Made by a program: the position numbers and the translations under genes
Part shown: one piece after another, positions 29,329 through 38,746 of the stretch
How the letters are laid out: the number at the start of each line of letters is the position of its first letter
Numbering within the stretch: position 1 is the stretch's first letter
Source: an uncultured delta proteobacterium
GTDB taxonomy: Bacteria > Desulfobacterota > Binatia > Binatales > Binataceae
Length of the DNA: 64,000 nucleotides
Assembly (NCBI GenBank): GCA_963773975.1
Contig: CAVZDJ010000037.1
Span: 37,727 to 101,726, forward strand
Direction of reading: 5' to 3'
The notes under the pieces: generated by a model
What the model was told of the DNA's origin: nothing
The model's database searches: none
The model's input: only the letters and a program-made list of their open reading frames with translations

Positions 29329-30945
29329 TCATCCCCCGCCGAGCCGCGCACGCGAGCGCAGCGTCGGTCCGCCGTTGGACATTCGCTTGACTTGCATCGG
29401 CTGACCCTTGCCGCAGTTGGGAATCGCGATAAGCCGCAGATCGTTGCCGGCCGCGTCGACGTGCATGAAGAATTCTTTAGAATCCGCGATCACGCTGCCT
29501 GCGCGGTACAGCCGGCCGAGCCGGCCGTGGTCGATTTCGTAAACCCGGCGCGCCGAGATGCGGAAGTTCTCGCGCGATTCCGCGATCGACGGGACCGCGC
29601 TGCCGCAAACGTAATAGCCGCGCTCGACGTCTGCGATGATCCGTTGCGGGTCGCTCTCTCCGGGCAACAGGAAGGTGTTCGACATCCGGATGAGCGGGAC
29701 GTAAAAGACCTCGCTCGCGCGCGCCGAGCCGTTGGGCTCGACGCCGAGCACGGCGGCGGTGTCGCGCGAGTTGAGAAAGCCTCGGAACATTCCTTTTTCG
29801 ACGTGCATCACACGCCGCGCGCGCGTCCCCTCGTGGTCGTAGCGATAATGGCCATAGCCGGCGAGGCCGGGGTCGGAGCAGGCGCTCAGCAGCGGCGAAC
29901 CAACCCGGCGGCCGACCTCGTTGTCTTCGAGCGAGCGCAGAAGCCAACTCCGTCCCGCGTACGCCGCCTCCATTTTGAGCGCACGGTCGGCCTCGCTCGG
30001 ATGGCCGATAATCTCGTGCGAAACGAGCGCGTTGAAATGCGGGTCGGTGACCACCGTGACTTCGGCGTCGGGCGGTTTGAGCACCGGCGCCGCCGCTAAC
30101 TCACGCGCCTCGGCCGCCAGCTCGAGCGCAAACGTGGCCAGGTCCGGATTCGGCATCAGCTCGTCGCGATATCCCTCGGCCAGGCATTCCAGGCCGCGCT
30201 GCTGCCCGACAGTGTCGTAGATCTCCTGATGGCCGTCGCCGCTTTGCGCGACGATGTAGCAGTCGCCTTGGGAAAACGCGAAGCCCTGGCTTATCAGCGT
30301 GCCGTCGCTGCTGATGAACAATTCCTCGCGCAGTTCGCTCAGCGCCGCCACCGCGTTGAACGCGATCTCCGGGCCGAGCGCGGCAACGCGGGCCGAAGCC
30401 TCGCGGCACAAGCGCCTGAGCTCGGCGGGATCGAGCGTGCGCGGGTCGCGCTGATAGACGGCCGCGACCTCGTCATGCACCGCGGCGCGCGGCGCGGGCG
30501 GCGCGCTCGAGAGGCTCCGGGCGCGTCCCGCACGTCCCGAGTTTCCGGATCGTGCATCCATCGCCCGGATCAGCGCGGCCTTCTCGCGCGCGCCAAGCCG
30601 CGCACGGTCGTATGCCTCGGCCAGACCCGCGCGAATGGCCGCGAGCATCCGCGCCGGATGCGTCGCGAGGCGGCCAAGCTCGACTCCGGTCTGTCCCGTG
30701 CTGGAGACGCCGGAGCGCTCGTTTACGCGCACGCTCACGCTGAAGCCGGCACTCTCGCCCTCGTGAGCCGAACGCGGCTCGCCGTCGGTCGCCGAGCTGG
30801 ACCGGCTGAACATCGCCTCGAAGCGCAAATCGGCCGCGACCGCGCCGTGATGGCTGCGGATGAAGGCGCGCAGCAGGCCGGGGCCCTCTTTTTTGAGGAG
30901 CTCGGCCGCGCCAAACATGTCTTTGGATGTAAGCGTCGGCGTCAC
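29329..30945 (-). CDS. tldD: TldD family metalloprotease
   Basis: HExxxH-type motif HEIIGHPSEADR and the GxC motif region; about 530 aa. The true start is possibly at 30918 (MFGAAELL...). Confidence 0.7.
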   Translation of the reverse strand: MTPTLTSKDMFGAAELLKKEGPGLLRAFIRSHHGAVAADLRFEAMFSRSSSATDGEPRSAHEGESAGFSVSVRVNERSGVSSTGQTGVELGRLATHPARMLAAIRAGLAEAYDRARLGAREKAALIRAMDARSGNSGRAGRARSLSSAPPAPRAAVHDEVAAVYQRDPRTLDPAELRRLCREASARVAALGPEIAFNAVAALSELREELFISSDGTLISQGFAFSQGDCYIVAQSGDGHQEIYDTVGQQRGLECLAEGYRDELMPNPDLATFALELAAEARELAAAPVLKPPDAEVTVVTDPHFNALVSHEIIGHPSEADRALKMEAAYAGRSWLLRSLEDNEVGRRVGSPLLSACSDPGLAGYGHYRYDHEGTRARRVMHVEKGMFRGFLNSRDTAAVLGVEPNGSARASEVFYVPLIRMSNTFLLPGESDPQRIIADVERGYYVCGSAVPSIAESRENFRISARRVYEIDHGRLGRLYRAGSVIADSKEFFMHVDAAGNDLRLIAIPNCGKGQPMQVKRMSNGGPTLRSRARLGGG

Positions 30946-30988
30946 GAGCAGGATGAAAGCTGGATACGCGCCGGCGACAGCGGAGTCT

Positions 30989-32188
30989 CTAGATTACGCC
31001 TTCTTGCTTCAGGCGTTCGACCTCGGCGGCGTCGAAACCGAGGTACTTGGCGAAGACCTCGTTGTTGTGCTCGCCGAGTAGCGGCGCGCTCTTGACCTCG
31101 ACCGGAGAATCCTCGAGCCTCACCGGGCATCCGGGCATCGTGAATTCGCCGCGCACCGGATGTTGCACGGTGACGATCATGCCGCGTTCGCGCAGATGCG
31201 GGTCGTTGAGCAATTCCACGCTGTCGAGCACCTTGCCGCAGGGCACGTCGGCCTCGCCCAGGATTCGCATCACCTCATGCTTGGTGTGTTTGGTCGTCCA
31301 CTCGTTGATCGCCGCGGTCAATTCTTCGACGTGGTGAAGGCGCGAGCGCCGGTCCTTGAAGCGCTCGTCGACGGCCATTTCCGGCCGTCCGATCGCATTG
31401 CACAGGTTGGTCCACATCTCCGGCGTCGTACACAGTATATATACGTAGTCGTTGTCGCCGCCGGGGGCGCAGGGATAAGTGTCGGCGGGAGCGCCGGCGG
31501 CTATCCGGTTGCCCATCCGCGGGACCGGCTTGTGCGTGATGTAGGTGCCCATCGTCGGCACGCGGCAGAAATTGAGCACCGCCTCCTGCATCGAGAGTTC
31601 GACCTTCTGCCCCTTGCCGGTGCGCTCGCGCTGGATGTACGCCGCGAGCACGCCGACCGCCGCGTGCATCCCGGTGCCGGTATCTCCGATCGTCGGCCCG
31701 GGCTTGAGCGGCGGAGTCTCCGGCGTCCCGGTCAGCGCCATCGCGCCGCCCGCGGCCTGCGCGATCATGTCGAAGCTCTTGTACTTGCTATACGGCCCGG
31801 ATGTGCCGAAGCCCTTGATGGTCAGGTAGATGAGGCGCGGGTTGATCTCGTGCAGCCGCTCCCATCCGAAGCCCCAGCTCTCCAGCGTGCCGAGCGAGAA
31901 GTTCTCGGACAGGATGTCGACTTTTTTCAGCAGCTCGATGAAAATTTTCTTGCCGCGATCATCCTTGAGGTTGAGCGTGATCGAGCGCTTGTTGGCGTTA
32001 AGCAGCATGAAGTAGTGCGAATCGACGCCCGGCTTCTCGGTCAACTGCCAGCGCCCCTGCTCGCCCTTGCCCGGAGCTTCCAGCTTGATTACGTCCGCAC
32101 CCAGCCACGCCAGCATTTCGGTGCATGAAGTGCCGGCCTCGAACTGCGTAAGGTCGAGGACCTTTACGCCCGCCAGTGCCTTGTCCAT
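30989..32188 (-). CDS. frc: Formyl-CoA:oxalate CoA-transferase-like protein (family III CoA-transferase)
   Basis: The start is taken at MDKALAGVKVLDLTQFEAGTSCTEMLAWLGADVIKLE. From memory, the match to O. formigenes Frc is strong across the whole protein, including RAPLLGEHNNEV and the glycine-rich loop region. Confidence 0.75.
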   Translation of the reverse strand: MDKALAGVKVLDLTQFEAGTSCTEMLAWLGADVIKLEAPGKGEQGRWQLTEKPGVDSHYFMLLNANKRSITLNLKDDRGKKIFIELLKKVDILSENFSLGTLESWGFGWERLHEINPRLIYLTIKGFGTSGPYSKYKSFDMIAQAAGGAMALTGTPETPPLKPGPTIGDTGTGMHAAVGVLAAYIQRERTGKGQKVELSMQEAVLNFCRVPTMGTYITHKPVPRMGNRIAAGAPADTYPCAPGGDNDYVYILCTTPEMWTNLCNAIGRPEMAVDERFKDRRSRLHHVEELTAAINEWTTKHTKHEVMRILGEADVPCGKVLDSVELLNDPHLRERGMIVTVQHPVRGEFTMPGCPVRLEDSPVEVKSAPLLGEHNNEVFAKYLGFDAAEVERLKQEGVI

Positions 32189-32327
32189 CCGAGTCGTCCT
32201 CCTGCAGAGTCCCGCCGCCGGGCCTGCGCGTGACGCGATTGATCCGTTGTAGCCCCTGCGCTCATCCCCGGCAAGCATGGGAATGCGGCGCCGTCGTGCG
32301 CGCGCGGGCGCGCTCTGCTAAGAATGA

Positions 32328-33455
32328 GTGCCGATGTCGAACGCAGCAGCCGGCCTCGCGCGCATCCGCGAGGAACTCAACCAGAACTTCCAGGAACGTG
32401 CCGAACTGATCGACGGCGCGCTCTGCGCACTGCTATCGGGCAGCCACGTGCTCATCATCGGACCGCCCGGCACGGCCAAGTCGATGCTGGCCGACGAGCT
32501 GTGCCGGCGGATCGAGGGCGCCAACTATTTCCAGTGGCTGCTGACCAAGTTCAGCACGCCCGAGGAAATCTTCGGCGCGGTGAGCCTAAGCGGCCTGGAG
32601 CACGACGACTACCGGCGCGTGACCTCGCACAAGCTGCCCGAGGCGCACATCGCGTTCCTCGACGAAATTTTCAAGTCCAACTCGTCAATCCTCAACGCGC
32701 TCCTGACCATCATCAACGAGCGCCTGTTCCACAACGGGCGCGAGCGCGTGCGCGTGCCGCTCATCACGATGTTCGGGGCCTCCAACGAGCTGCCCGACGA
32801 AGAGGAGCTGACCGCGCTCTACGACCGTTTTATGCTGCGCTTCACCGTCGACTACGTGGTCGAGGAATTTCGTTTTCTCAAAATGCTCGAGGGGGCGCGC
32901 TCGACCGCCCGCACCACGCTCAGCTTCGCCGACCTCGACGAGTTGCGCGCGCAAACCCGCGCGGTCGAAGTCCCCGGCAGCGTGCTCGGCGCCATCACCG
33001 AACTACGCCGCGAGCTCGGGCGTCAGCAAATAGTGGTTTCCGATCGGCGCTGGCGCAACTCGCTCGACGTGTTGCGCGCCCACGCCTTACTTTCTGACCG
33101 CGCGATCGTCAGCGAGGATGACCTTGGGTTCCTCGAGCACGTTCTGTGGAAGGATCCGGAGGAACATCCGAAAGTCCGCGACGCGATCCATCGCCTCGTC
33201 AAGGGCTACGAGGAGCAGGCGCGCGAGCTGTTGATCCAGAGCCAGGAGCTGCGCGAATACGCCGACCGCCGATGGGAAAGCGACGAGCTGCGAAGCCGCG
33301 CGCTGGTCGAGGCCCACACCAAGATCGCCAACATCCTGGTCCGCTTCGATCACCTGGTGCGCGAAGCGGCCGAGAGCGGGCGCGCGGTGCTCGGTGTCGA
33401 GACGATGCGCTCGCAGGTCAAGGAAATCCAGCAGGCGATGCTCCGCCGGATCTAG
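32328..33455 (+). CDS. RavA-like MoxR-family AAA+ ATPase, short form (375 aa) without a LARA domain
   Basis: Walker A (GPPGTAKS) and Walker B (IAFLDEIFK) motifs are present. From memory, the RavA-specific blocks STPEEIFG, ILNALLTIINER, ASNELPDEEEL..ALYDRFMLR and VSDRRWRNSL match E. coli RavA closely. No VWA (ViaA-like) gene is adjacent. Confidence 0.7.
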   Translation: MPMSNAAAGLARIREELNQNFQERAELIDGALCALLSGSHVLIIGPPGTAKSMLADELCRRIEGANYFQWLLTKFSTPEEIFGAVSLSGLEHDDYRRVTSHKLPEAHIAFLDEIFKSNSSILNALLTIINERLFHNGRERVRVPLITMFGASNELPDEEELTALYDRFMLRFTVDYVVEEFRFLKMLEGARSTARTTLSFADLDELRAQTRAVEVPGSVLGAITELRRELGRQQIVVSDRRWRNSLDVLRAHALLSDRAIVSEDDLGFLEHVLWKDPEEHPKVRDAIHRLVKGYEEQARELLIQSQELREYADRRWESDELRSRALVEAHTKIANILVRFDHLVREAAESGRAVLGVETMRSQVKEIQQAMLRRI

Positions 33456-33480
33456 GCGCGGCCTCGGGAATTCCGCGCCA

Positions 33481-34278
33481 ATGCCAGTCGAGGAAGCCAC
33501 GCCCGCGATCGTGCTCCGCACCCGCGATTATATGGAGTCCGATCGCATCGTGACCCTGCTCACCGAGCAGATGGGCAAGCTCGGCGGTATCGCCAAGGGC
33601 GCCAAGGCCTCGCGCCGGCGCTTCGAGCATCGGCTGGAGCCCTTCTCGCACGTGATGCTGTATTTTCGCCGCCGTCCGCACGGCCAACTAGTCTTCATCA
33701 CGCGCGCCGAGGCGGCGGACCTGCCGCCGTTCCGCCTCGAGGACGACCTCGGCCGCCTCGCGCTCGGCGCCTACATGCTCGAGCTGGCCGAGGCGCTAAC
33801 CTCCGAGGATGCGGAGGCGTCCGGCGCCTACCATCTACTGGCCGAGGCGCTCGCCGCGCTCGGCGCGGGCGAAGCCACCACGGCGCTGCGCCAAGCCTAC
33901 GAACTCCGGATGTTCCGATGGGCGGGGTTCGGGATGCAATTCGACCGCTGCCGCGTGTGCGCCGAGAGCCAGGCAGAGAGCCAAGCGGGCAGCCAGGTAA
34001 GACCGGCGGCGGCGGTCTATTTCATCATCGGGCGCGGCGGGATCGTGTGCGCGCGATGCCGAGAGGGCGTGTTCGAAGGCGGCATCCGGCTTGACGCGGC
34101 AAGCGCGGCGGCGCTCGCCGAACTGGGACGGATGCCACTGAAGGCGGCCGCAGCGGCGACGGCGGCGGGCCCCGACGGCGCGCTCGCGCTCGCGCGCTTC
34201 ATCGCGTCGGTCGTCGATCGCAAGCTCAGATCGGTAGAGTTCCTGAACTCCGTGATTGCGCCCGCGACGCGGGCGTAA
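33481..34278 (+). CDS. recO: DNA repair protein RecO
   Basis: An OB-fold N-terminus (PAIVLRTRDYMESDRIVTLLTEQMGKL) is followed by a zinc-binding CxxC...CxxC region (CRVC...CARC). Confidence 0.8.
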   Translation: MPVEEATPAIVLRTRDYMESDRIVTLLTEQMGKLGGIAKGAKASRRRFEHRLEPFSHVMLYFRRRPHGQLVFITRAEAADLPPFRLEDDLGRLALGAYMLELAEALTSEDAEASGAYHLLAEALAALGAGEATTALRQAYELRMFRWAGFGMQFDRCRVCAESQAESQAGSQVRPAAAVYFIIGRGGIVCARCREGVFEGGIRLDAASAAALAELGRMPLKAAAAATAAGPDGALALARFIASVVDRKLRSVEFLNSVIAPATRA

Positions 34279-34335
34279 CCGCAACATCCATGCACGACGC
34301 ATCACCTTCTCTCGATACACAGCGAGGCGCGACCA

Positions 34336-35304
34336 ATGAAAGCGATCCAATTCGACCGCCTGGGCGGCGCGGAAGTGATGGAGCTGCGCGAGGTGCCGAA
34401 GCCCGAGCTTCAGCCCGGAACGATCGTGGTCAAGAACCACGTGATCGCGATCAATTTCGGCGACACGCTGTTTTTGCGCGGCGAATACCTGGTCAAGCCG
34501 GTGTTCCCGGATATTCCGGGCATGGAGGCGGCCGGCGTGGTCGAGGCCGTCGCGCCCGACGTGAAAGATCTCACGCCCGGCACGCGCGTCGCGTATATCG
34601 GGATGGGCGCCTATGCCGAGTACACGCGCCTTCGCCGCTCGCGCGCGATCCCGCTGCCCGATTTCATGGACTTCGAACAGGGCGCCGCGTTTCCGATTGC
34701 CGTGCTCACGGCCTGGCACCTCCTCCATAGCTGCCATCCAACCACCGCAGGACAAACCGTGATCGTTCATTCGGCGGCGGGCGGAGTCGGTATTGCGGCC
34801 GTGCAAATCGCGAAGGCCGCGGGAGCGCGGGTTATAGGCACCGTCTCGAACGATGACAAAATTGCCCTCGTGCGAAAATTCGGCGCCGACGAAGTGATCA
34901 ACTATGCAACTCGCGATTTCGCGGCGGAGGCCATTCGGCTCACCGGCGGGCGCGGCGTAGATCTCATCCTCGACGCAGTCGGTAAACCTACCCTCGTCAA
35001 GGGAATCGGGTGCCTCGCGCCGTTCGGACACCTGGTGCTGTATGGCCGCGCCGGAGGAATACCCGATCCGGTGAATCCGATGATGCTGTTCGGCAAGGCG
35101 CTCAAGATAAGCGGGTTCGCGGTGCCGATGGTGTACGGGATGCACGAAATCCATCGCCGCGGACTCGACGACGTCTATCGGCTGGCGCGCGAAGGCAAGC
35201 TCACGGTGCCGATCGGCAAAAGATTCGCGCTGGCCGACGCGGTGGAAGCGATACGTTATCTGCAATCGCGCCAGTCGGTGGGAAAATTGTTGCTATTTCC
35301 TTAA
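34336..35304 (+). CDS. qor: NADPH:quinone oxidoreductase (zinc-free medium-chain dehydrogenase/reductase family)
   Basis: MDR fold with a Rossmann-type motif AAGGVGIAAVQIAKAAGARVIGTV; 322 aa. Confidence 0.75.
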   Translation: MKAIQFDRLGGAEVMELREVPKPELQPGTIVVKNHVIAINFGDTLFLRGEYLVKPVFPDIPGMEAAGVVEAVAPDVKDLTPGTRVAYIGMGAYAEYTRLRRSRAIPLPDFMDFEQGAAFPIAVLTAWHLLHSCHPTTAGQTVIVHSAAGGVGIAAVQIAKAAGARVIGTVSNDDKIALVRKFGADEVINYATRDFAAEAIRLTGGRGVDLILDAVGKPTLVKGIGCLAPFGHLVLYGRAGGIPDPVNPMMLFGKALKISGFAVPMVYGMHEIHRRGLDDVYRLAREGKLTVPIGKRFALADAVEAIRYLQSRQSVGKLLLFP

Positions 35305-35347
35305 GCGTCGAGCGACGCCGGCGCTGACGCGCGCCGCGGGAGGAGCT

Positions 35348-35854
35348 TCAGTCGGCGGCCATCCGGGGACGGCGGATGCCGCAGTGCGGTGCGATACCCA
35401 TCCGCTCGTAGTAGCGCTGATGGTAGTCCTCGGCGCGGTAGAACCTCGAGGCCGGGACGATTTGCGTTACGACGGGTCTGCCGAGATCGCCGGACTCGTC
35501 GAGGCGCTTACGTGACGCCTCCGCCACCGCTTTCTGTCTGGCGTCATGATAAAAGAGCACCGAGCGATATTGCGTGCCGAAATCGGGCCCCTGCCGATTC
35601 ACGGTGGTCGGATCGTGAATCTCCCAGAACAGATCCAAGAGCTGTTCGTACGATACCAGGGCGGAATCGTACTCGACCTGGACGACTTCGGCATGGCCGG
35701 TCTCGTCGGTGCAAACCTGGCGATAGCTCGGATGCTTGAGCCAGCCGCCCATGTAGCCGGAGGTCGCCGCGATAACCCCGTGGAGCTCGCGGAACGCGGC
35801 CTCGACGCCCCAGAAGCATCCGCCGCCGAAAGTGGCTATCCGTTTTCGCGCCAT
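35348..35854 (-). CDS. msrA: Peptide methionine sulfoxide reductase MsrA
   Basis: Active-site motif GGGCFWG; about 168 aa. Confidence 0.9.
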   Translation of the reverse strand: MARKRIATFGGGCFWGVEAAFRELHGVIAATSGYMGGWLKHPSYRQVCTDETGHAEVVQVEYDSALVSYEQLLDLFWEIHDPTTVNRQGPDFGTQYRSVLFYHDARQKAVAEASRKRLDESGDLGRPVVTQIVPASRFYRAEDYHQRYYERMGIAPHCGIRRPRMAAD

Positions 35855-35900
35855 CACCCTTCGCGCCATCGTCCGCCGAATATCGTACGTCCGGCCATTA

Positions 35901-35932
35901 ACAAAAAGGGCGCCCTCTTGGAGGGCGCCCTT
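35901..35932 (-). terminator. Rho-independent terminator after the aldehyde dehydrogenase gene
   Basis: Stem GGGCGCCCTC-TTGG-AGGGCGCCC, followed on the minus strand by TTTTTGTT. Confidence 0.6.
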
Positions 35933-35956
35933 CCCAATCGTATGGCCTATTGCCCT

Positions 35957-37466
35957 CTATAGCTTTACATAGACGGTCTTGATTTGAGTGTAAAGCTCAA
36001 GCGCGTACTTGCCCAGTTCACGGCCGAAGCCCGACTGCTTGTAACCGCCGAACGGCGAGATCGGATCGATCATGCCGTAGCAGTTGACCCATACCGTACC
36101 GGCCTTGAGCTTGCGCGCGACCTTGTGCGCACGGCCCACGTCGCTGGTCCAGACCGCCGCGGCCAGTCCGTAGTCCGTATCGTTGCCCTGAAAAACCGCG
36201 TCGTTCTCATCTTTGAATGGGATGGTCGCGGCGACCGGGCCAAATATTTCCTCGCGCGCGATCCGCATGCTGTTATTCACGTCCGCAAACACGGTCGGCT
36301 TGACGAAGTAGCCTTTGCCGCCGGCAGCCTCGCCGCCGACAGTCACCCTGGCCCCTTCCTTCTTACCGAGCTCGAGGTAGCCTTTGACCTTGTCGAACTG
36401 TTCCTTGGAAACCAGCGGGCCCATCATGGTCTTGGGATCGAGCCCGTCGCCCATCGTCATGCCGGCGCTGAACTTGGAGAGCGAATCGTTGAACTTGTCG
36501 TAAACATCCTTTTGCACGAAAATCCGCGTGCCAGCGCAGCAGACCTGCCCCGAGTTGAAGAATACGCCCATCATCGAGTTGGGGACCGCCTGTTCCATGT
36601 CGGCGTCGGGGAAGATGATGTTGGGCGATTTTCCGCCAAGCTCGAGCGACACGCGCTTGAGATTGCCTGCCGAGGCCTTGAGGATGATCTTGCCCACTTC
36701 GGCCGATCCAGTGAATGCGACCTTGTCGATATCGGGATGCTCCGAGATCGAGCCTGCCGGCGCCCGGGCCGAAGCCGGTGATGATGTTGACGACGCCCTC
36801 GGGCAGTCCGGCCTCGAGAATCAATTCGCCGAGCCTGAGCGCCGTGAGCGGGGTCTGCTCGGCCGGCTTCAGAATCACGGTGTTGCCGCAGGCGAGCGCC
36901 GGGCCAAGCTTCCACGAGGCCATCAGCAGCGGGAAGTTCCACGGAATAATCTGTCCGCACACGCCCACCGGCTCGCGCAGCGTGTAGTTGAACATCGAGG
37001 GGTCGGACGGATTGGTCTCACCGTAAATCTTCGTGCACCATCCGCCGTAGTAGCGGAAAGTTTCCGCCGAGCCCGCGATGTCGATCGCGCGCGCCTGGGT
37101 TTTCGCTTTGCCGTTGTCGAGCGTCTCGAGCTCGGCCAGCTCGTCGGCATTTTGCTCGATCAGGTCGGCGATCTTGAACAGGTAGCGGGCGCGCTCATGC
37201 GGCCCCATGTTCGACCACGGGCCAGTATCGAACGCCTTGCGCGCCGCCTTGACGGCCTCGTCCACGTCGGTCTTGTCGCCCTCGGCAATCAGCGCGAGGA
37301 CTTCTTCGGTGGCCGGGTTCAGCGTCTCGAAAGTCTTGCCCGATTTGGGCGCGACCCATTTGCCGCCGATAAGTAACTTCTTGGGCGAGGCTTTGAGGAA
37401 ATTCAACGCGGCGCTGGACCGCGCGCCGCTGCGCGAGGTCTCTGTCGATGGGGTTGTTGCTGCCAT
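35957..37466 (-). pseudogene. NAD(P)-dependent aldehyde dehydrogenase with one frameshift (or a sequencing error)
   Basis: The N-terminal half (ORF 36363-37466, through ...[13 protein letters not shown]) and the C-terminal half (ORF 35957-36697, ...[19 protein letters not shown]...) are in different frames. The junction is GGCGCCGGCAGGCTCG near 36752-36765. A strong AAGGAG ribosome-binding site precedes the ATG at 37466. Confidence 0.7.
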
Positions 37467-37550
37467 TGGTTCGGCTCCTTTCTCTTCGATGGCTTGGCGC
37501 CATGGTTGCGAATGTCACTGCTTCGACCCGTGCTGCTCACCCTGCCGCCG

Positions 37551-38690
37551 TCAATTGAAGCGCGCGACCACCTGCCCCATCCGCGCGGTATCGTACGCAC
37601 AGAGCTGGCTTACTTCAATGGCGAAGCTGCCGGAGTTCAGCGCGTCGAGCATCGCACGCACCGGGGCTGAGTCGGTTTCGCGTTGCAGGATGACCAGATC
37701 ATAACGCTCTTCGCGCACGGGAACAAAACCCAATCTGAAGGCCTCGGCCGCCACCCGCAGCGTCAACCCCGCCTCGGCTTCGCCCGCCGCTATCGCGGCC
37801 GCGACTTCGAGATGGCCGCTCAGCTCCCGCGCATAGCCGGCAATCCCCCGCGGCGCGATCTTCAATTCTGAGAGCGCCTGGTCGAGCACCAGCCGAGCAC
37901 CCGAACCTGGCTCGCGGTTGACGATACGCATGTCTGCCCGCGCCAGGTCGGCGATACCGCGCAATTCCAGCGGATTGCCGCGCCGCACGCCCAGTCCGAG
38001 TTCCCAGCGGGCGAAATTCACCATCACGGCGCGCCGACGCCTGAGTGCGTCACGTACCGCCGCGAGGTTGTCTTCGCCGCCTGTGCGGTCGTACAGATGC
38101 ACTCCGGCCGCGTGCACCCGGCCGCCGAGCAGCGCCGCCAGCGCTGCGCGGCTGCTGGTGGTTACGGGCGTAAGCGTCGTGGCCGGGCGATGACGTCCCA
38201 TCCAGTCCGCGAGAATCGCCGCTGCCGGGTCGCATCCGGCCACCAGCAGGGTCGCGTCGATCTCCTCCAGCGTGCGAAACGCCGCCACCCGCGCGCGGCG
38301 GCCGGCGGCGTGCTGGAGCACGCCGCCGGCTGCCGCAAGCCGTATCGCCGGTGGCGGTTGCGCGAGCGCGACCAGCCGCCCGCCGACGCGTCCTAGTGCG
38401 ACCGCCCGGCGCGCCGGCATCGCCGGCGCGCCGGGCGGCGCGTTGCCGGGCGCCTCCGCCCAGTCGGCCTCGAGCAGCGCCGGTTCGGCCGGACGGCCGA
38501 ACAGCGCCTCGACACTATCGCCCAGTTCGCGCGCGAGCGCCAGCGCGGCGCCCACGCCGGGCTGATATGCGCCGGCCTCGATCGCGCCAAGGGCCTGGCG
38601 CGAGAGGCCGGCGCGCCGGGCCAATTCGTCCTGGGTGAGGCCGCGCGCGACTCGCGCGCGGCGCACGGCCGCTCCGCCTGGCTCTGCCAT
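37551..38690 (-). CDS. XRE-family helix-turn-helix transcriptional regulator fused to a periplasmic-binding-protein-like (COG1910, molybdate/tungstate-type) domain
   Basis: The N-terminus is a helix-turn-helix (RGLTQDELARRAGLSRQALGAIEAG). The C-terminal 270 aa are substrate-binding-protein-like. It lies divergent from an oxyanion ABC importer. Confidence 0.55.
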   Translation of the reverse strand: MAEPGGAAVRRARVARGLTQDELARRAGLSRQALGAIEAGAYQPGVGAALALARELGDSVEALFGRPAEPALLEADWAEAPGNAPPGAPAMPARRAVALGRVGGRLVALAQPPPAIRLAAAGGVLQHAAGRRARVAAFRTLEEIDATLLVAGCDPAAAILADWMGRHRPATTLTPVTTSSRAALAALLGGRVHAAGVHLYDRTGGEDNLAAVRDALRRRRAVMVNFARWELGLGVRRGNPLELRGIADLARADMRIVNREPGSGARLVLDQALSELKIAPRGIAGYARELSGHLEVAAAIAAGEAEAGLTLRVAAEAFRLGFVPVREERYDLVILQRETDSAPVRAMLDALNSGSFAIEVSQLCAYDTARMGQVVARFN

Positions 38691-38746
38691 AATACTTCCT
38701 TGCTTTTGCCATAATACTTGTCATTACGCCTGCATCATGGCATAAC

